Part shown: in pieces, positions 1-12,546 of the stretch
Layout of the letters: each line of letters starts with the position of its first letter
Numbering within the stretch: position 1 is the stretch's first letter
DNA from: Phoronis australis
Taxonomy: Eukaryota > Animalia > Phoronida
Reading direction: 5' to 3'
DNA: 64,000 nt
NCBI GenBank assembly: GCA_002633005.1
Contig: NMRA01000038.1
Span: forward strand, 705,329-769,328
Made by a program: the position numbers and the translations under genes
The notes under the pieces: model-generated
The model's input: the letters and a program-made list of their open reading frames with translations, nothing else
Databases searched by the model: none
What the model was told of the DNA's origin: nothing

Positions 1-292
1 CTATCCATCCTTTCGGCCACAGTACCCAGTCAGTACAAAGAGAGATCTGTAGTTGCGAGATAGGTCTTTTAATGTTTATGATGGACCCTAAGTTACACCT
101 TACAAATAGTATAATGGGTAGTACGGGATTCAGTGTTAATGAAGCAGCACTGGATGACGGAGCCATATGTTGACATTTGTGCATACATGTAGAACGCGAT
201 GCGGACGACTTTCTTTCCTGCAGCACCGGCGCCGAATACATTCCGTGTGTTACAAGCATTTTCTTTTCAGCAATGGTCTGCATAAAAGTCTT

Positions 293-513
293 TCAGTTGA
301 CAACTACTTCGCACAGAGATAAAACGTCGATATTTGCGTAGGTAGTATTTATCTTAATCGTCAGATATCTCCCGCGTACAACAGGATCGCACGTCAGGGT
401 TTTGGTCAACTCTTCTGCCCCAAATTCTCCTTGATTAAAAGTGCAAATCTCGCTAGAGTTCGCTGTATTTGATGAGTTTGACACCTTGATGAAAAAGTCG
501 CGTAGTCTTTCAC
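293..513 (-). CDS. Gene A exon 4 (C-terminal half of F-type lectin domain)
   Basis: Acceptor tatttag|GT; ERLRDFFIKV...VRGRYLTIKI...LSLCEVVVN then TGA. Confidence 0.85.
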
Positions 514-3500
514 CTAAATAAATCCAAACAAGAAACAAAAGCAACACTGGTGATGTTTAAGTTTTTAAAAACGAAACGTATACGATACCATTACAAACTT
601 GTCTCGAAGTTTCCTTTGCTATAATTGTAATTGATTTCTATCATTAAAAGGAAAGGCCACGTGACACTGACTCGAAGTGACCCTGACTTTGACGGGAATG
701 GAACACCTCGTCAAAACTAGTGTCTGTTTCAAACTCATTGAACGTGCTGACACGCTTACAGTCTCCAAGTAGAGTGGCCTCTCAGCTTACACTGTTGACA
801 CGTAATTGCGCCTTATCGTTAGTTAGAATTTATGTTTAAATTTTACCTTGTGCCTAGGTTTAGTGATATCCCGCAACGCCGTTTTGTTTCTGGAGGAGGG
901 CCCCGATTATGACATCATCTACTGCTTTCTTCTGTTTATTGAAATCGTAGACCCTTTCTTCTGAGGAAAGTCCGCCTCCGGAGGCCGAACCCACCGGGAA
1001 TGGATTCGATTGTTACCTTTTTGCATGTTTACTAACTAGCAGTAAATTTTCATATTTTACGCTGTGCCTCTCTTGGGGTCGTGGGGGTGGGGTGCTGTTG
1101 TAGAAGCTTCAGAGCAGTCGCTCCCTTTTTCCCTGCATGCGTGTTCGTGTGTATGCGAGTATGTGTGTATGTATATCCGTAGGTATAAATGTTTGTATGT
1201 ATGTTTATATAAATGTACATTTGTTTGAATGTGTGTATGTGTGTACGTATGTACGTATGAAGAGGGCCAAGAGCCACCCGTTACTATAATCACTTTGTTG
1301 CGACACAACCCATGCACTAGTTACCCATGACTTGTGTTGCCGGCTCCCTCGGCAATAAGTCAAGTTCGGATGAGAATTGTAATGTTTTTAAACCGAAAAA
1401 CGCTTAGGTTAAAAGGGTTCCTATTAATAGATATTAAAAACGACATTCCCATCCAATTCCTTGAAACGAAATAATGCTCTATAACCCTCGACAACCCTCA
1501 AAGGTTTGGAGGGAAATTCTGAAAACTTCTTTCGAAGTCTGCAAAACGGGCAAGACTGACCTGCACTTTTAACGAATTGCAAGGCAACTGTGGAGAAAGA
1601 TCATCCACCAAGAACCAAGAGAATACGTTTTAGTTGATTAATGCTTTATCTTTTAAGATTTGCATTACCAGTTGACAGAACGGGGATTGGTTGGAAAAAT
1701 CAAAACAGGGCTTAATATCCTTTTAAAAATTCAACATTGACATCTAAACAGTGGTGAAATGCCCTGTCTAGCCACACAGAATACAATTACTCTTACTGTG
1801 CTCTGACCGGTTGGTAATGGTGACGTTTAGTATAACGAACACGGTCTCCAAGTCAACCTGCCACCAGGGGTCTCTCTCCCAGGAAGTATGAGTGCATGAG
1901 CCGTGACGATATTTCGAGTTCGAGTAACCGTCAACAGCAAGTGAAGCACATCCATCGTGTCCTACGCTTGATTGCGTAGCAGGTTTGTTGAAAGCGACAT
2001 TCTGTTTTACTGCAACAAATATATGTAAATATATATACATATACATACATACATACATACATACATACTTACATACACACACACACACATACACACATAG
2101 GACTACATACATCAAAGTATCTCGCCAGCATGCTTTCCTTGAGACAAGTTTTGTTGAACTATATACGCTCTCCTTTTTATCTCTGGAAATGAAGCTTGCG
2201 ACGCATTCATTTCATTACATGAGTACTGTATCGTTCAAATGCCTTGAGTATATTCTTCATCAATGACTTCCGTATGCAACAACTACTCTGACTTTGGTAT
2301 ACTCATGCGCACCCAAGGGGGGGGGGGGCAGCCCCCATTTAGCGAAGTGGGCAAAAATGTCCGCCTATGAGAAACAAAAAGTCCGAAAAAATGAGACACA
2401 AGTCCGCTAAGTAACGACAAACGCGCAATTCACAGTGGCGCTTCCGTTTTTTTTTTGTCCGCCCGCTTTTTTGCTACCAAAAGGTCCACAACGTCAGGAA
2501 TTCGAGTCCCCCATATTGAAGGCTAGGTGCGCGCATGATACTAGTGATCCTACTTGGGGGGACGCTGTGACGATGGTCAAATGGAAGCATTTTGTAGATC
2601 GCCTCATCTTGAGGGGGACACAAGCGGGGGCAGGGGAGAGGGAGTACTTACGAAGGACCGTGAGGGTGTACCCACACAATAAATTTCAGGCGTTAGGGTG
2701 AAATCGGCAAGGACCAACGACGGAGAGCACGGGTTGTCGGGAAAGACAGCGAAACATTTAAAAGAAAGAAGATCTTTAGATAAAATTTGTCTCGTACCAA
2801 TGTTAGAATTGCCCTTTGGCGTCCCATTATGCAGTGTTGATCGTCCACAGTCACTCTAAAACATGCTTTATTAGAAAATTTCCCAGAAAACTTGTTACCC
2901 AATGATGTTCAGGGAAAACTGATTTAGGCCTTTAAAAGAGTTCAAGAAGATAATTTTATGAATCCGTCCTGATTGACCAGCAACCTCTCGAGTCAAACGA
3001 CCGTCTGAATAAAAAGAAACATCCTTATTCGACAAGCATAGCATACGAGGTTTTACTTATAAGTCGTGTCGTAGCACCTGCCCACACACTCCAAAGCGAT
3101 ATAAGAAAACTCGGAAGGTTGAGACGTTGGCAATGTGCCGGCGACTGTAGCCAGCACATGTTGCGTAGCCTGCACAGGGGATCAGGATCAACTAAACTTT
3201 AAGAATCAATGAAAAGACTTTCTTTAAATTCTTCAATCTGAACTCTGAAACCCCGATTGCTTTTTCATTAAATGCTAAAGGTTGCACTAGCATTGTAAAC
3301 TTTTTGTAGTACGCGGCAAATTGGCCGCAAGGTGGTCCAACGTAAAGTGCCAGTTTGTTTGGAGCTACTTTGAAACACAGTGAATGAAATTGGACACCAC
3401 TTTACTCTCCAGGCTTTTCTTGAAATAACGATATTGGTTGTAAGGACACGAGATAGGTTTATACGATCTTTAAATGGTTTCAACCTTCGTGACTCGTATT

Positions 3501-5255
3501 CCTAAGGTACTGTCTCCAAAAACAAGAGTATTTCTCAATCACCAATTAAATCAAGGAATAAAATGAAAATACTCGACATTTGAACGTAACACATAATTGA
3601 CAGTCGCTGTTATTACCTGGCTGTGGTTGGTATTTAACCAAGTCGGTTTTCTGAAATACAATAAAACGACAAGGCAGTTAAATCTCGCTAGAAACGAATT
3701 TTAAGCCTTTTACAATCAAAAATCGGTCTAATATCTCTTATCATGATAGGATTCTAATTCGGTCACCATCGAGATCTCCTTAACTACCAAAACTCAAGAA
3801 TACGTTTCACAATTTATTGGGCTTGACAAGCCCATAACTGCGAAGTCAAACGGCGCATTAGTTTGAGACTTGAGTTGATAACGGAATTATGATCCATACA
3901 AGGAAGAGAATTCTATGACACTAACTTTATCAGAGTAAAAAGCCAAACCCAATTTTTGTTTTTAAGCCAGCTAAAGAGAGCGACATGCAACTTTAAGTTA
4001 CGAATTGTAATAGTTTCATAGTTTCTCTACTGTTGTGATATTAGTGTTCGTTGTTTACAGATATTTTTTCATACAGCCCAGGTAGTGACGCACTCAGAAG
4101 TAGTGACGCGTTATGTTTGTAATTCTACTGGCATTTGCGTTGTGTACTTCGCTGTTGGATGGTATGGCAGCGTAACTTTACATTGTCTAATTTGCGTAAC
4201 TCAGGATTAATGCGTGCGACTAAATTACAAGGCAGTGTACTCTGTGTTCTTGATGCTATGTGTGGTGTGCGGCTATTGTAATAGTTTTGCCATTTCCATC
4301 GTCTTATATTATAGGGTGTTTTTTCTTGTGGTTCGTGAAATAGTAAACTGAAACACAAGTCTAGACGTGTCTCATTCCTCTGCAACAATGCACAAGAAAC
4401 TACTAAATACTTATTTACAAACAGATTACGTGCGTGAAGCACGCGCCCGGTTACATACATTTTTCATACGTATTGTTTTAATGCAGTGAGTCCAGGTTCC
4501 TAATTGCATACAAAGATAGCTTTCAGGACAGGCTCACAGTCACTAACTGGATTATTATCCAAGCTTGAAGTTTGTGATTTCGGCTTAATGTATAATTAGT
4601 CTTGCGAAGCCCAAAGTCAGTGTAATCGTTATTTTAAATTTGTGTTCACTTCTTAGAACGACCGTTGTAAAAACATGTGAAAATACTGTCTGCTTCTGCG
4701 CACTGTGAATCGTGTACATTTAGGTGATTAAACACGGAAGTCGAATCAGGCTTCTTGGTTCCACAAAACGGGTTCTTTTTGATTCTATTTTCGTTACCCG
4801 AAAATGAACAATGAAACCATCAGTAACTCAAATAAAACGCTTCAGATTTTATTGGTGTTGGCCAAACCTAAAATAAGAGTTTTGAAAGTGTCAACCGAAA
4901 TCGGCACATAATTATTAATTTCGACAACTAGTGCGAAAGGTGCTTAACATTTTTTTACCTTAACATAAATCTCAATATCCTTTCGCTGTGGTTCGTCGGC
5001 ACTGCAAACTTCGACGACGTATAGAGTACAGGTCATGTAGTCGGCGTCAAAAGCAAAACCGGTGCATTCACGTTCACCATAACATGCCACACAGCAGTCA
5101 GATAAGTCACTGGTGTTCACGAATTCATGCTTCATCAAGTTGGTGATCTGGAGAGCCTGCTTCCTTTTGAAATAGACCTTTGACTGGACACAGTTTGAAA
5201 GAAATCCAATCCACGAGAAAGCAAAACTCACAAATATTGTCTTGAGAAGCCACAT
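293..5255 (-). CDS. Gene A: secreted PAN/apple + F-type lectin (fucolectin-like) protein, 4 exons (5255-4959, 3650-3617, 2009-1797, 513-293), about 254 aa; alternative upstream ATG at 5276
   Basis: GT-AG introns with compatible phases 0/1/1. Hydrophobic N-terminus, PAN-like Cys pattern DCCVACYGERECTGFAF...CTLY, and FTLD motifs NVAFNKPATQSS, AVDG, CTHT..PWWQVDL, GRYLTI, LSLCEVVV. Confidence 0.85.
1141..1258. repeat. (TG)n/(TATG)n degenerate microsatellite
   Basis: Visible gtgtat/gtatgt repeats. Confidence 0.8.
1797..2009 (-). CDS. Gene A exon 3 (N-terminal half of F-type lectin domain)
   Basis: gttgcag|TA acceptor, A|gtaaga donor; 213 nt, the same length in all four paralogs. Confidence 0.85.
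2020..2112. repeat. (ACAT)n(AC)n microsatellite next to the exon 3 acceptor of gene A
   Basis: Direct tandem repeats visible. Confidence 0.9.
2304..2537. mobile_element. MITE with CATGCGC(GC)ACC-type TIRs and 5-bp TSD ATACT
   Basis: catgcgcaccc...ggtgcgcgcatg flanked by atact on both sides; related copies at 6560, 53668 and 63489. Confidence 0.8.
3617..3650 (-). CDS. Gene A exon 2, 34-nt linker micro-exon (KTDLVKYQPQP)
   Basis: ttgtatttcag acceptor, CAG|gtaata donor; bridges the phase-0 donor of exon 1 to the phase-1 acceptor of exon 3. Confidence 0.8.
4959..5255 (-). CDS. Gene A exon 1 (signal peptide + PAN/apple-like domain)
   Basis: MWLLKTIFVSFAFSWIGFLSNCVQS signal-like segment, PAN-like Cys spacing, AAG|gtaaaa donor; 297 nt as in paralogs. 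Confidence 0.8.
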
Positions 5256-5309
5256 TTTCGTTTCCAGCCTCCGCATAAACAGATACTTCCTTGTCTCAAT
5301 GACAGAAAT

Positions 5310-5595
5310 ACACTGGATACACGCGCGCGCCCATTATAAAAATACAAAAGAAATCAAGAGAAATATCACACAAGGTGGCTAATAATCAATACATTTCAAA
5401 CAAATAAATCAATCTTTCATATTTGAGGAAAAATTTTCCAAAACAAAGTCTTTAGCGTAGTGTTGATTCAGAGGTTATGTCAGCAACTAAATAATGACAT
5501 CATACTAATTAACTACTATAGGAATTCTAAAATCAATTTTTCTAGAATACAGGTTCGTCAAGTTGAACAAATATAAGTACATAAGAATAATTGCT
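5310..5595 (-). promoter_or_regulatory. Putative proximal promoter block conserved upstream of all four paralogs (also about 12590-12880, 32600-32890, 45050-45345)
   Basis: Shared motifs acacgcgcgc, attataa (TATA-like, absent in D), cacgcaaggtggc, caatacatttcaa, gattcaga, taattaa, aaaatcaat. Function is inferred only. Confidence 0.45.
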
Positions 5596-6559
5596 AATTA
5601 GATTTAAACGATTCCAGGTGTTTTGCTTTAGAGGTTACTCCTCCAATGTATTTCAGTTTTTTGCTTCTACACTCAGGAGAATAGCTTTTCAAGTAACATC
5701 TGCTTGGCAAGAATTCAGAAAAACTGACAGCTGACTGCAACAACAGGACAACTGTCGCACACAAGCAATCGGGGTTACTCCCATAAAAGCGGTGTACGAG
5801 ACATGCCACTCAGAAAGGTAACTTTTCAGGGCCTGCAGTTTCCCTAGTACGAAATAGTGCTTTAATGCAAAATGTTGCTTTTAGGATTTGATTCGCTACA
5901 AAGTGCCACTTCATGAAGTAAAAACTACCAAGGCACACAAGGTTCCACCAACTACACAATTCTTCAGAATGGTTTTAAAAAATGTTACGTTTAAAACTGG
6001 TTACAAAAGATTTATGTTTAACATCACATATCTCCATGTACTCTTTCAATCTGAACAGTTTATAAATCCACCTGTTTCTACGATAGGATTTAGGTATATG
6101 GAATAAATCTCTACAAAAACAATGTTTCTGGAACGGTGCCCTACTGGAAGGGTGACATTTCGAGGAAGCTACGTCCAATTAATTTTTTTTCTGCATCCAC
6201 TCCCAGATAGGCGAGTGTCTTGATTTTCCATCTGCATCCCCGTTTAAACTGCAGTTGAGAATCACCCCATGGGACGAAATTCAGTGTGAAAGCAACGCCT
6301 GTCGGCCTATACTAGCGAGTAAAGTCGCAAAGCAATGGAGCAGACTCGATCTTAAAACATTGATTCAGGTAGTTTTAAATTTTAATCTGGGACAATGAAA
6401 CCCCCAAATTTATTATCACGGAAGGTTAAAAGTTATGAATGGAAAACAATACACTATTAAATACAATGCCCAATGTACATTCTACTGGAATTCAACACAC
6501 GTTGGTTCAAATGCAAGTAGTTCCGGTGTAAGCGTTGGCGTAACAACGTGAGTTTATGA

Positions 6560-6774
6560 CATGCGCGCACCCAACCTAAAAATGGGGGTGCTCGAATTTT
6601 GAGAATGTAGACCCTTTACTAAGATTCGCGGGGTACGTTCAGAGCTATAAATTGTGCATTCGCCAAATTTAGGTAGTTCCTTCGAGGTTTTGTTTCTCTA
6701 AAGGAGACCTTTTTGCCCACTTCGCCAAATGGAGGGCTCGTTCGAGCTCGCCGATCCCCCCGGATGTGCGCATG
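6560..6774. mobile_element. MITE (CATGCGCGCACC family), 5-bp TSD TATGA
   Basis: tatga|catgcgcgcac...tgtgcgcatg|tatga. Confidence 0.8.
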
Positions 6775-6939
6775 TATGAAAGGCCTTATCGACAAGTGTG
6801 TGTATTAACCAGATATCTACAAAACTAAATATTTCAGCTCAGTAAAATCATAATATTTTCTAAGAGTAAAAATCTTGCATCACTTGATTTTTGACCTTCT
6901 GCCAGTCTGACAATAATTAGCTTAAAAGTAATGCAGGTG

Positions 6940-7152
6940 TTGTGGTTCATCTTGTACTAGACGTGCGCAAGCCGCTCAAGTGGGCCCATTGGTCTGGTCA
7001 CCTAGAACCATTACTTATCAATGCAAAACTACAACCAAGCTGAGGAGCTGGAGGCCTGACTCAAGTGTCTACCACTGCGCCCCCTGTGGGACGTGAGCCC
7101 ACAACTTTGAGCAAAGGAAACAGACACTTATCCAACTAGGCCACACCGACTC
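6940..7152 (-). mobile_element. tRNA-derived SINE-like element
   Basis: Minus strand shows A-box TGGCCTAGTTGG and a degenerate B-box (GGGCTCACGTCC) followed by a non-tRNA body. Confidence 0.55.
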
Positions 7153-8287
7153 ATCTTCTTGATTAATTAGGTCACGTGACCATGTTTTTTGTAAACTTTA
7201 CCAAAACGTTACGACGATAGAAAAACAACAGTTTCAATAACAAGACCAAAGTTCGTTTAACAGAAATATTTAAGAAAAAATCTTTTAATTCTATTCATGA
7301 AAGTCACGAAATTCAAATTCCCCAAAAAAGTATAACATTTTAAAACACTTCCTGAATTCGTTGTGTAGAACACTTTGAAAAGCATAGTATATGAAAGTTT
7401 CATATGAATCCAATCTGCACCTTCTGCTGTACGATTTTCCGAAGTTGGCTAAATTTGGCAATTCCTATGGTTCTATTGACCTCAACGCCGTGGATGATAC
7501 CGTACACCAGTTTGTTCTCTTTCAAAATGCTAAAAACTAAGCTTCTCTTAAAATGACGGTGCGTGGCCGAAATCACATGTTCAGCCGTATGACGGGTTTG
7601 TGGCATCTTCAATTGAATCCAACAAGCTTAATAACACGTATAGTTATATAAAACACGTTTCTCTTATTGTCAATGTATGAACATTAACTGATAGGTGAAT
7701 TGATAGTGTTGTTACCTTTGACCAAATGAAACAGTTAACTTACTGAACTATTTTCCATACTCCCTCGCTCAAAAAACGGAATACTTCGGGAATGGTGCGT
7801 GTTATCTGAACGTTCCCCATGGATCTGATCAGTCATTTTTGAGAGATGTTGCTCCCGAGTTGCACAAATTTGGATATTTGCTTAGAATCCTACATAACGT
7901 TAACCCTCTCGAAGGTCATGAAGCCTCGGCTTGGGTAATTTAAACTACACCCACCACCCCCATCTCGGTCTCCACTAACTCTTACCCGTAACCAAAATAT
8001 TCGTTTGCATCCCGCCCCCCTTTCGTCACAATTTTCGCCCAATTGTACCCAGTAAGTACAAGGAGAGCCCCGTGGTTGCGAGCCAGGCGCCCTAGTGTTT
8101 ATGATGTTCCCTAGTGTTTATGATGGGCCCCAAGCTTCATCTTAATTAGTGTAATGGGGAGTCTAACACTGATAATGGAGAATAACTGGATAACGGAGCC
8201 ACATGTTGGCATTGGTGCATGCTTGTACGAAGCTACGCCGACGACTTCCTCTCCTGCAGTAACGGCGATGAATACATTATTTCCTTG

Positions 8288-8604
8288 CAGTGACGGATCT
8301 AGGATACTATAAGGGGGGCCATCATGCTGCCTCGGGGAATTGAGCAAAGCGCGATTGTACGTGCACAGACGGCCCGAAAGTTGCGGGGTCCGGAGATGTG
8401 GACCTTCTGTTCAGAATGTCGGTGGACTAAAAAATCGAGAACACAATTCCGCCGCGATCTGAGGTCTGAGCCCCCCTCTTTCGCTACCGAATCTAATTAA
8501 TGAACTTAATATTTCCTCATGCATTACGCTGTTGCTGTTTCATTTTGCTTGCGGCAGCCAAGGGGGGAAGGGGGCTCCCTGCCCCCTCCCCCAATCAGCC
8601 TATG
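8288..8604. mobile_element. MITE downstream of the gene B stop (putative 3' UTR), 5-bp TSD CCTTG
   Basis: ccttg|cagtgacggatct...aatcagcctatg|ccttg; the paralogous site in gene C (about 17316) is empty. Confidence 0.8.
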
Positions 8605-8668
8605 CCTTGTATTACTTTCTTTATCGTACAAGCATTTTCTATTCACCTATGGTCTACATAAAAGCCTT

Positions 8669-8883
8669 TCAGTTGACTACTACTTCGCACAAAGTTAAAA
8701 TGTCGTTATAGGTCGTTCGTATCTGAATCGTTAGATATCTTCCGTGCACAGGTTCATCACACACGATGGTTCTAGTCAACTCTCCTGTCCCAAATACTCC
8801 TTGATGAAAAGTGCAAGTCTCGCTAGAGGCAGCTGTATTTGATGAATTTGACACCTTGATGTCAAAGTCGTGTAATCTTTCAC
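8669..8883 (-). CDS. Gene B exon 4 (FTLD C-half)
   Basis: ttctttag|GT; ERLHDFDIKV...HGRYLTIQI...LTLCEVVVN*. Confidence 0.85.
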
Positions 8884-11800
8884 CTAAAGAAATCAAGATA
8901 CGAAATAAATGCTGTATTGCCTTTGTGATTTTTAAATTTTATTAACGAAACAGACACTAGAATGAGCTCTCACAAATTTGCCATGATGGCAATTGATTTC
9001 TACTATTAAAAAGAAGGGTTCCTTGACATTGACTTGAAATGACTCAATTTGTGACCGAAATGGCGTACCCGAGGGATAAATTATCAAAAGCCCAAAACAT
9101 AGTCGCCTTTCTTGGATTACATAGCGCAAGTTATAATACAATAAAACAACTGACTTTCACCGAGGTCAGTACGTTGGTTTTCAGACACCAAAATGTGATA
9201 ATGACTCGAGCGAAGCCGAGGTCATTATCATACTTTGGGGTCTGCGCTTCAATTAAGAATTCAAGCTCAATAGAGCGCGAAATGCCCTTTCCAGTCACAC
9301 AAAATATAGTTATTCTTACCATACATTGACCGGTTGGTAATGGTGACATTTCGTATAACGAGCACCGTTTCCAAATCAACCTGCCACCAGGGGTCTCTCT
9401 CCGTGCGAGTATGAGAGCATGAGCCGTAATTGTAGTGCGAGTTTGAGTAACCGTCAACAGCAAGTGAAGCACAACCATAATATTGTACACTTGATTGCGT
9501 CGCAGGTTTATTTAACGCAACATTCTGCTTTACTGCAATCAGAAGAACCATACAAGTAGCATTCGATTTTTACTCAAAAGTCGTGTCCGAACAGCTGTTC
9601 AAACACCCTCAAAGTTGTATACAAAAACTCGGAGTTTATAGACGTAGACAAGGAGCTGGCCTGTAACAAGCATGTGTTGAGTCGCCCACAGAGACGACCC
9701 AGATCAACTAAAATACAAGCTTATGTAGGGCCCCAGAAAAAAGTCCAATTTTGTCCAACTTCGGAAATGACTGGTCGGAGTCAAATGAGACCTAGAGGTA
9801 CTGTACCGCATGTATTGTTCTCCAAACAGCTGTTAGGAACTGTTTTCAAAGAGTTCCACTTTTGCGTGATATGCTATCAAAATGGGACTTCCGGTAAACA
9901 TTCTCCAATTTTGGACAGCGTATGATATTTGTAAAAAAATCTAAAGTTACCTAAAACCAAAACGAAACGACAATTTTGAAAACTGTAACAGCGATTGGAG
10001 ATTTTCTCTTGAACTTTTGTATCGTTTGAAATTTGCTCATGTTATTTTTCCTGTGATTTTGCTATAAATGTGGCTTTCTTTTTAAAAATAGTAAAAATAA
10101 TTGTCACGTGACCTTATTAACGACTGCTGACATACGGTAAATTCAAAAATCCAATTCTACGTAATTTGTACTTTCAGAAACAACATACTATTCCGGAGTT
10201 AAATTCGATGGTTTTGTAGCTATTTGGCTAAAGGTACAGTTCTGTCGATAAGGTCCTACATAACCTTTGGAATCACAGATTGAAATGTCTTCAATCTGAA
10301 CATTACAACCCCGATTTCCTAATCATAGCAGGCTTTAAGTTATGTGTCTACACTAGGATTATAAACACTACGTAGTACACGGCACTGGAATTGGGCGCAT
10401 AGTGGCCCAATATAAATGAAAGTAGGTTTGAAACAACTGTGGATGAAATTAAACACCATTTTGCTGTCCAGGTTTCTGAAATAACGGTAATCGGAACAAC
10501 TCGTTATGACGAGACAGGTTTATAACACATTTAAATGGTTTCAATATTCTTTACTCGTATTCCTAACGTAATGATAACAGAAGCAAGTGTATTTCTGAAT
10601 CATCAAATCAGCAAAGGATTAGACTAAAAACATTCAATACTTGAACATCACGCAAAATACATAATCATTTTTTACCTGGTTCTGGTGAGAAACTGACCGG
10701 TAAGGCTGACTGAAATACAACAATAGAGAAACATGGCAGTTAATGGTGGCTGAAAGAACAGAGCTAGAAATTACATGTGTCAAGACTGGATGAAATGAGA
10801 CAATGTAGAAACTGGTAAAAACAAACAAAAAAGAAATGAGCATTTCACTGTCATACAATCGGTCTTATAACATTTCTTATCGTGATTCTATTTCCGTTAC
10901 CAACGAGAACGTCGAAACCATCAGCGACTCAAGAAAGACTTCAGCGTTTATTGGAGTTGGCCAACTCAATCAAAAATTGGGAAGTCGAAAATAACACGTT
11001 GCTTTTGACTTGAGTTGGCAACGGAAAAGGAATCCAGGAATCTGGTAAAGATTTGATTTTATGAGTGTAAAAAACTATAAACTTGATTTTTCATTTTTGT
11101 TTTTAAGCCAGCTAAATAGTGGAAAATGCAGTTTTATGTTCAGAACTGTTATCGTCACTGAACTTTTTTATGTTTTAGTCTCTATATTTCATGGTTTTAA
11201 AACACCCAGATTGTGAAATTTTATTCCGAAATGTTAAAACCGTGAATGCGTTTCACATAATTGCAGCGTTGTTTTCCTGTACTCGAAATCCCCGAGCAGA
11301 CCTATTTTTGAAAATCCTTATTTCGGTTCACGCTTAATTAAGGATGAAACTCAAGCTGTGTTTTAGCAGAATGATAGCTTCACGAGCAGGTTCACCATGG
11401 CAAACGTGATTATTATCCCAGCTTGAATTTTGTGATTTCGGCTTGACTTAATTATTGTTTCTGACACTTAAAAACGTGAATCAAAACCAGTGTAATCATT
11501 ATGTCAAGTAATTTGTTCATTTATTGTTAATTAGCTTCTTCCAACGACCCTTTTCACCAAATGTGAAAATAAAATGGTAACTGTTAGCTTCTTGGCATTT
11601 TAAATTGTGCAAATTAAAGCTACATTTTGCCCGTTTAGCTGACTGAAAACTAAAGCAAATGAGGTTTTTTACCCTCATAAAATAATTACTATAATTTTTG
11701 TATTTATTATAATACGAGGGCAAACGAGATAAAATACAATGAATAACGAACAATAGACAAATTAAACTTAAATTAATATGCTTTGGTCAGGAGTGTCAGA

Positions 11801-12546
11801 AGACAAAATTCAGCCGAAATCGGATTACAGATATTATTCGAGCGAAGGAGAAGTCTGAGATAGTGCACAATACCATTATTACATTCCTTTTCGTGATGAG
11901 ATTTTATGTTCGTTAGCAAAAAGAACGTCAAAACCATCATCGACACGAGAAAACGTTTCAGAGTTTAATGGAGTTGACCAATCCTAAAATTAGAAATTTG
12001 AAACCGGTGCTTGTACGCATTGCTTGTGGTTTGAGTGGCTAGGCGGTAACAATCAAGATCGGGTGATACTGGTAATATTTTTAAAACGAAAACCTCAAAG
12101 CGTTTCGGCTAAGAATTCAACTTCGACAGCAACACAGCGTCACTCAACGGTTCAGAACATAACAATTAATAATCAACAGATCTAAGCCTGCGTCATTTAA
12201 AGAACCCATATTAAATCCAAGTAACCATGTGAAAGGCACATTTTTTTACCTCAACATAGATTTTGGTATCTTCTGGCGGTAGTTCGTCGACACTGCAACC
12301 TTTGGCAAAGTAAAGAGTACAGGTAATGATTTCCACGTCAAAAGCAAAAGCGGTGCAATCACGTTGAGCATGACATAACATGCAGCAGTCAGATAAGTCT
12401 CTCGCGTTCACTGTTTCATGCCTCATGAAATTGGTGTTCAGGTGCATGTGATTCCTGTTGAATTGGACCTTTGACTGTACGTATTTTGAAAGGAATACAG
12501 CCCATGAGAAAACGACCACTGCAATAAATGTCCTTCGCATCGACAT
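8669..12546 (-). CDS. Gene B: secreted PAN/apple + F-type lectin protein, 4 exons (12546-12250, 10709-10676, 9532-9320, 8883-8669), 252 aa
   Basis: Same exon sizes and phases as paralogs, open frame after splicing, FTLD and PAN-like motifs. Confidence 0.85.
9320..9532 (-). CDS. Gene B exon 3 (FTLD N-half)
   Basis: attgcag|TA acceptor, G|gtaaga donor; NVALNKPATQSS...PWWQVDL. Confidence 0.85.
9717..10267. mobile_element. Non-autonomous TIR element (AAGGTTATGTAGG...CCTACATAACCTT), TTAA-type, Kolobok-like
   Basis: Terminal inverted repeats; paralogous copy at 19460-19996; gene A has the empty site (actaaactttaagaatc, about 3190); relatives at about 6775-7900, 16813 and 39415. Confidence 0.65.
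10676..10709 (-). CDS. Gene B exon 2, 34-nt micro-exon (SALPVSFSPEP)
   Basis: ttgtatttcag acceptor, CAG|gtaaaa donor, phase 0 to 1. Confidence 0.8.
12250..12546 (-). CDS. Gene B exon 1 (signal peptide + PAN/apple-like domain)
   Basis: MSMRRTFIAVVVFSWAVFLS..., DCCMLCHAQRDCTAFAF...CTLY, GAG|gtaaaa donor. Confidence 0.8.

Noticed and set aside
1990-2001. Direct exon 1 to exon 3 splicing using CAG|AAT as the main model
   Set aside because: This acceptor is absent in gene D, and the phase-1 acceptor plus micro-exon is conserved in all four copies.
1050-2266. ORFs rich in HT/YI/CV dipeptides (1050-1317, 1985-2266, 5' part of 1768-2115)
   Set aside because: Translations of microsatellites; only 1797-2009 is a real exon.
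4944-5276. Exon 1 ORFs as stand-alone single-exon PAN proteins (also 12211, 32177, 44619)
   Set aside because: A conserved G|gtaaaa donor sits at the same codon in all copies, similarity decays after it, and a phase-compatible micro-exon follows.
9039-9490. Alternative-frame and antisense ORFs overlapping lectin exons (also 18858-19199, 37297-37757)
   Set aside because: Shadows of the real exons, shared only because of paralogy.
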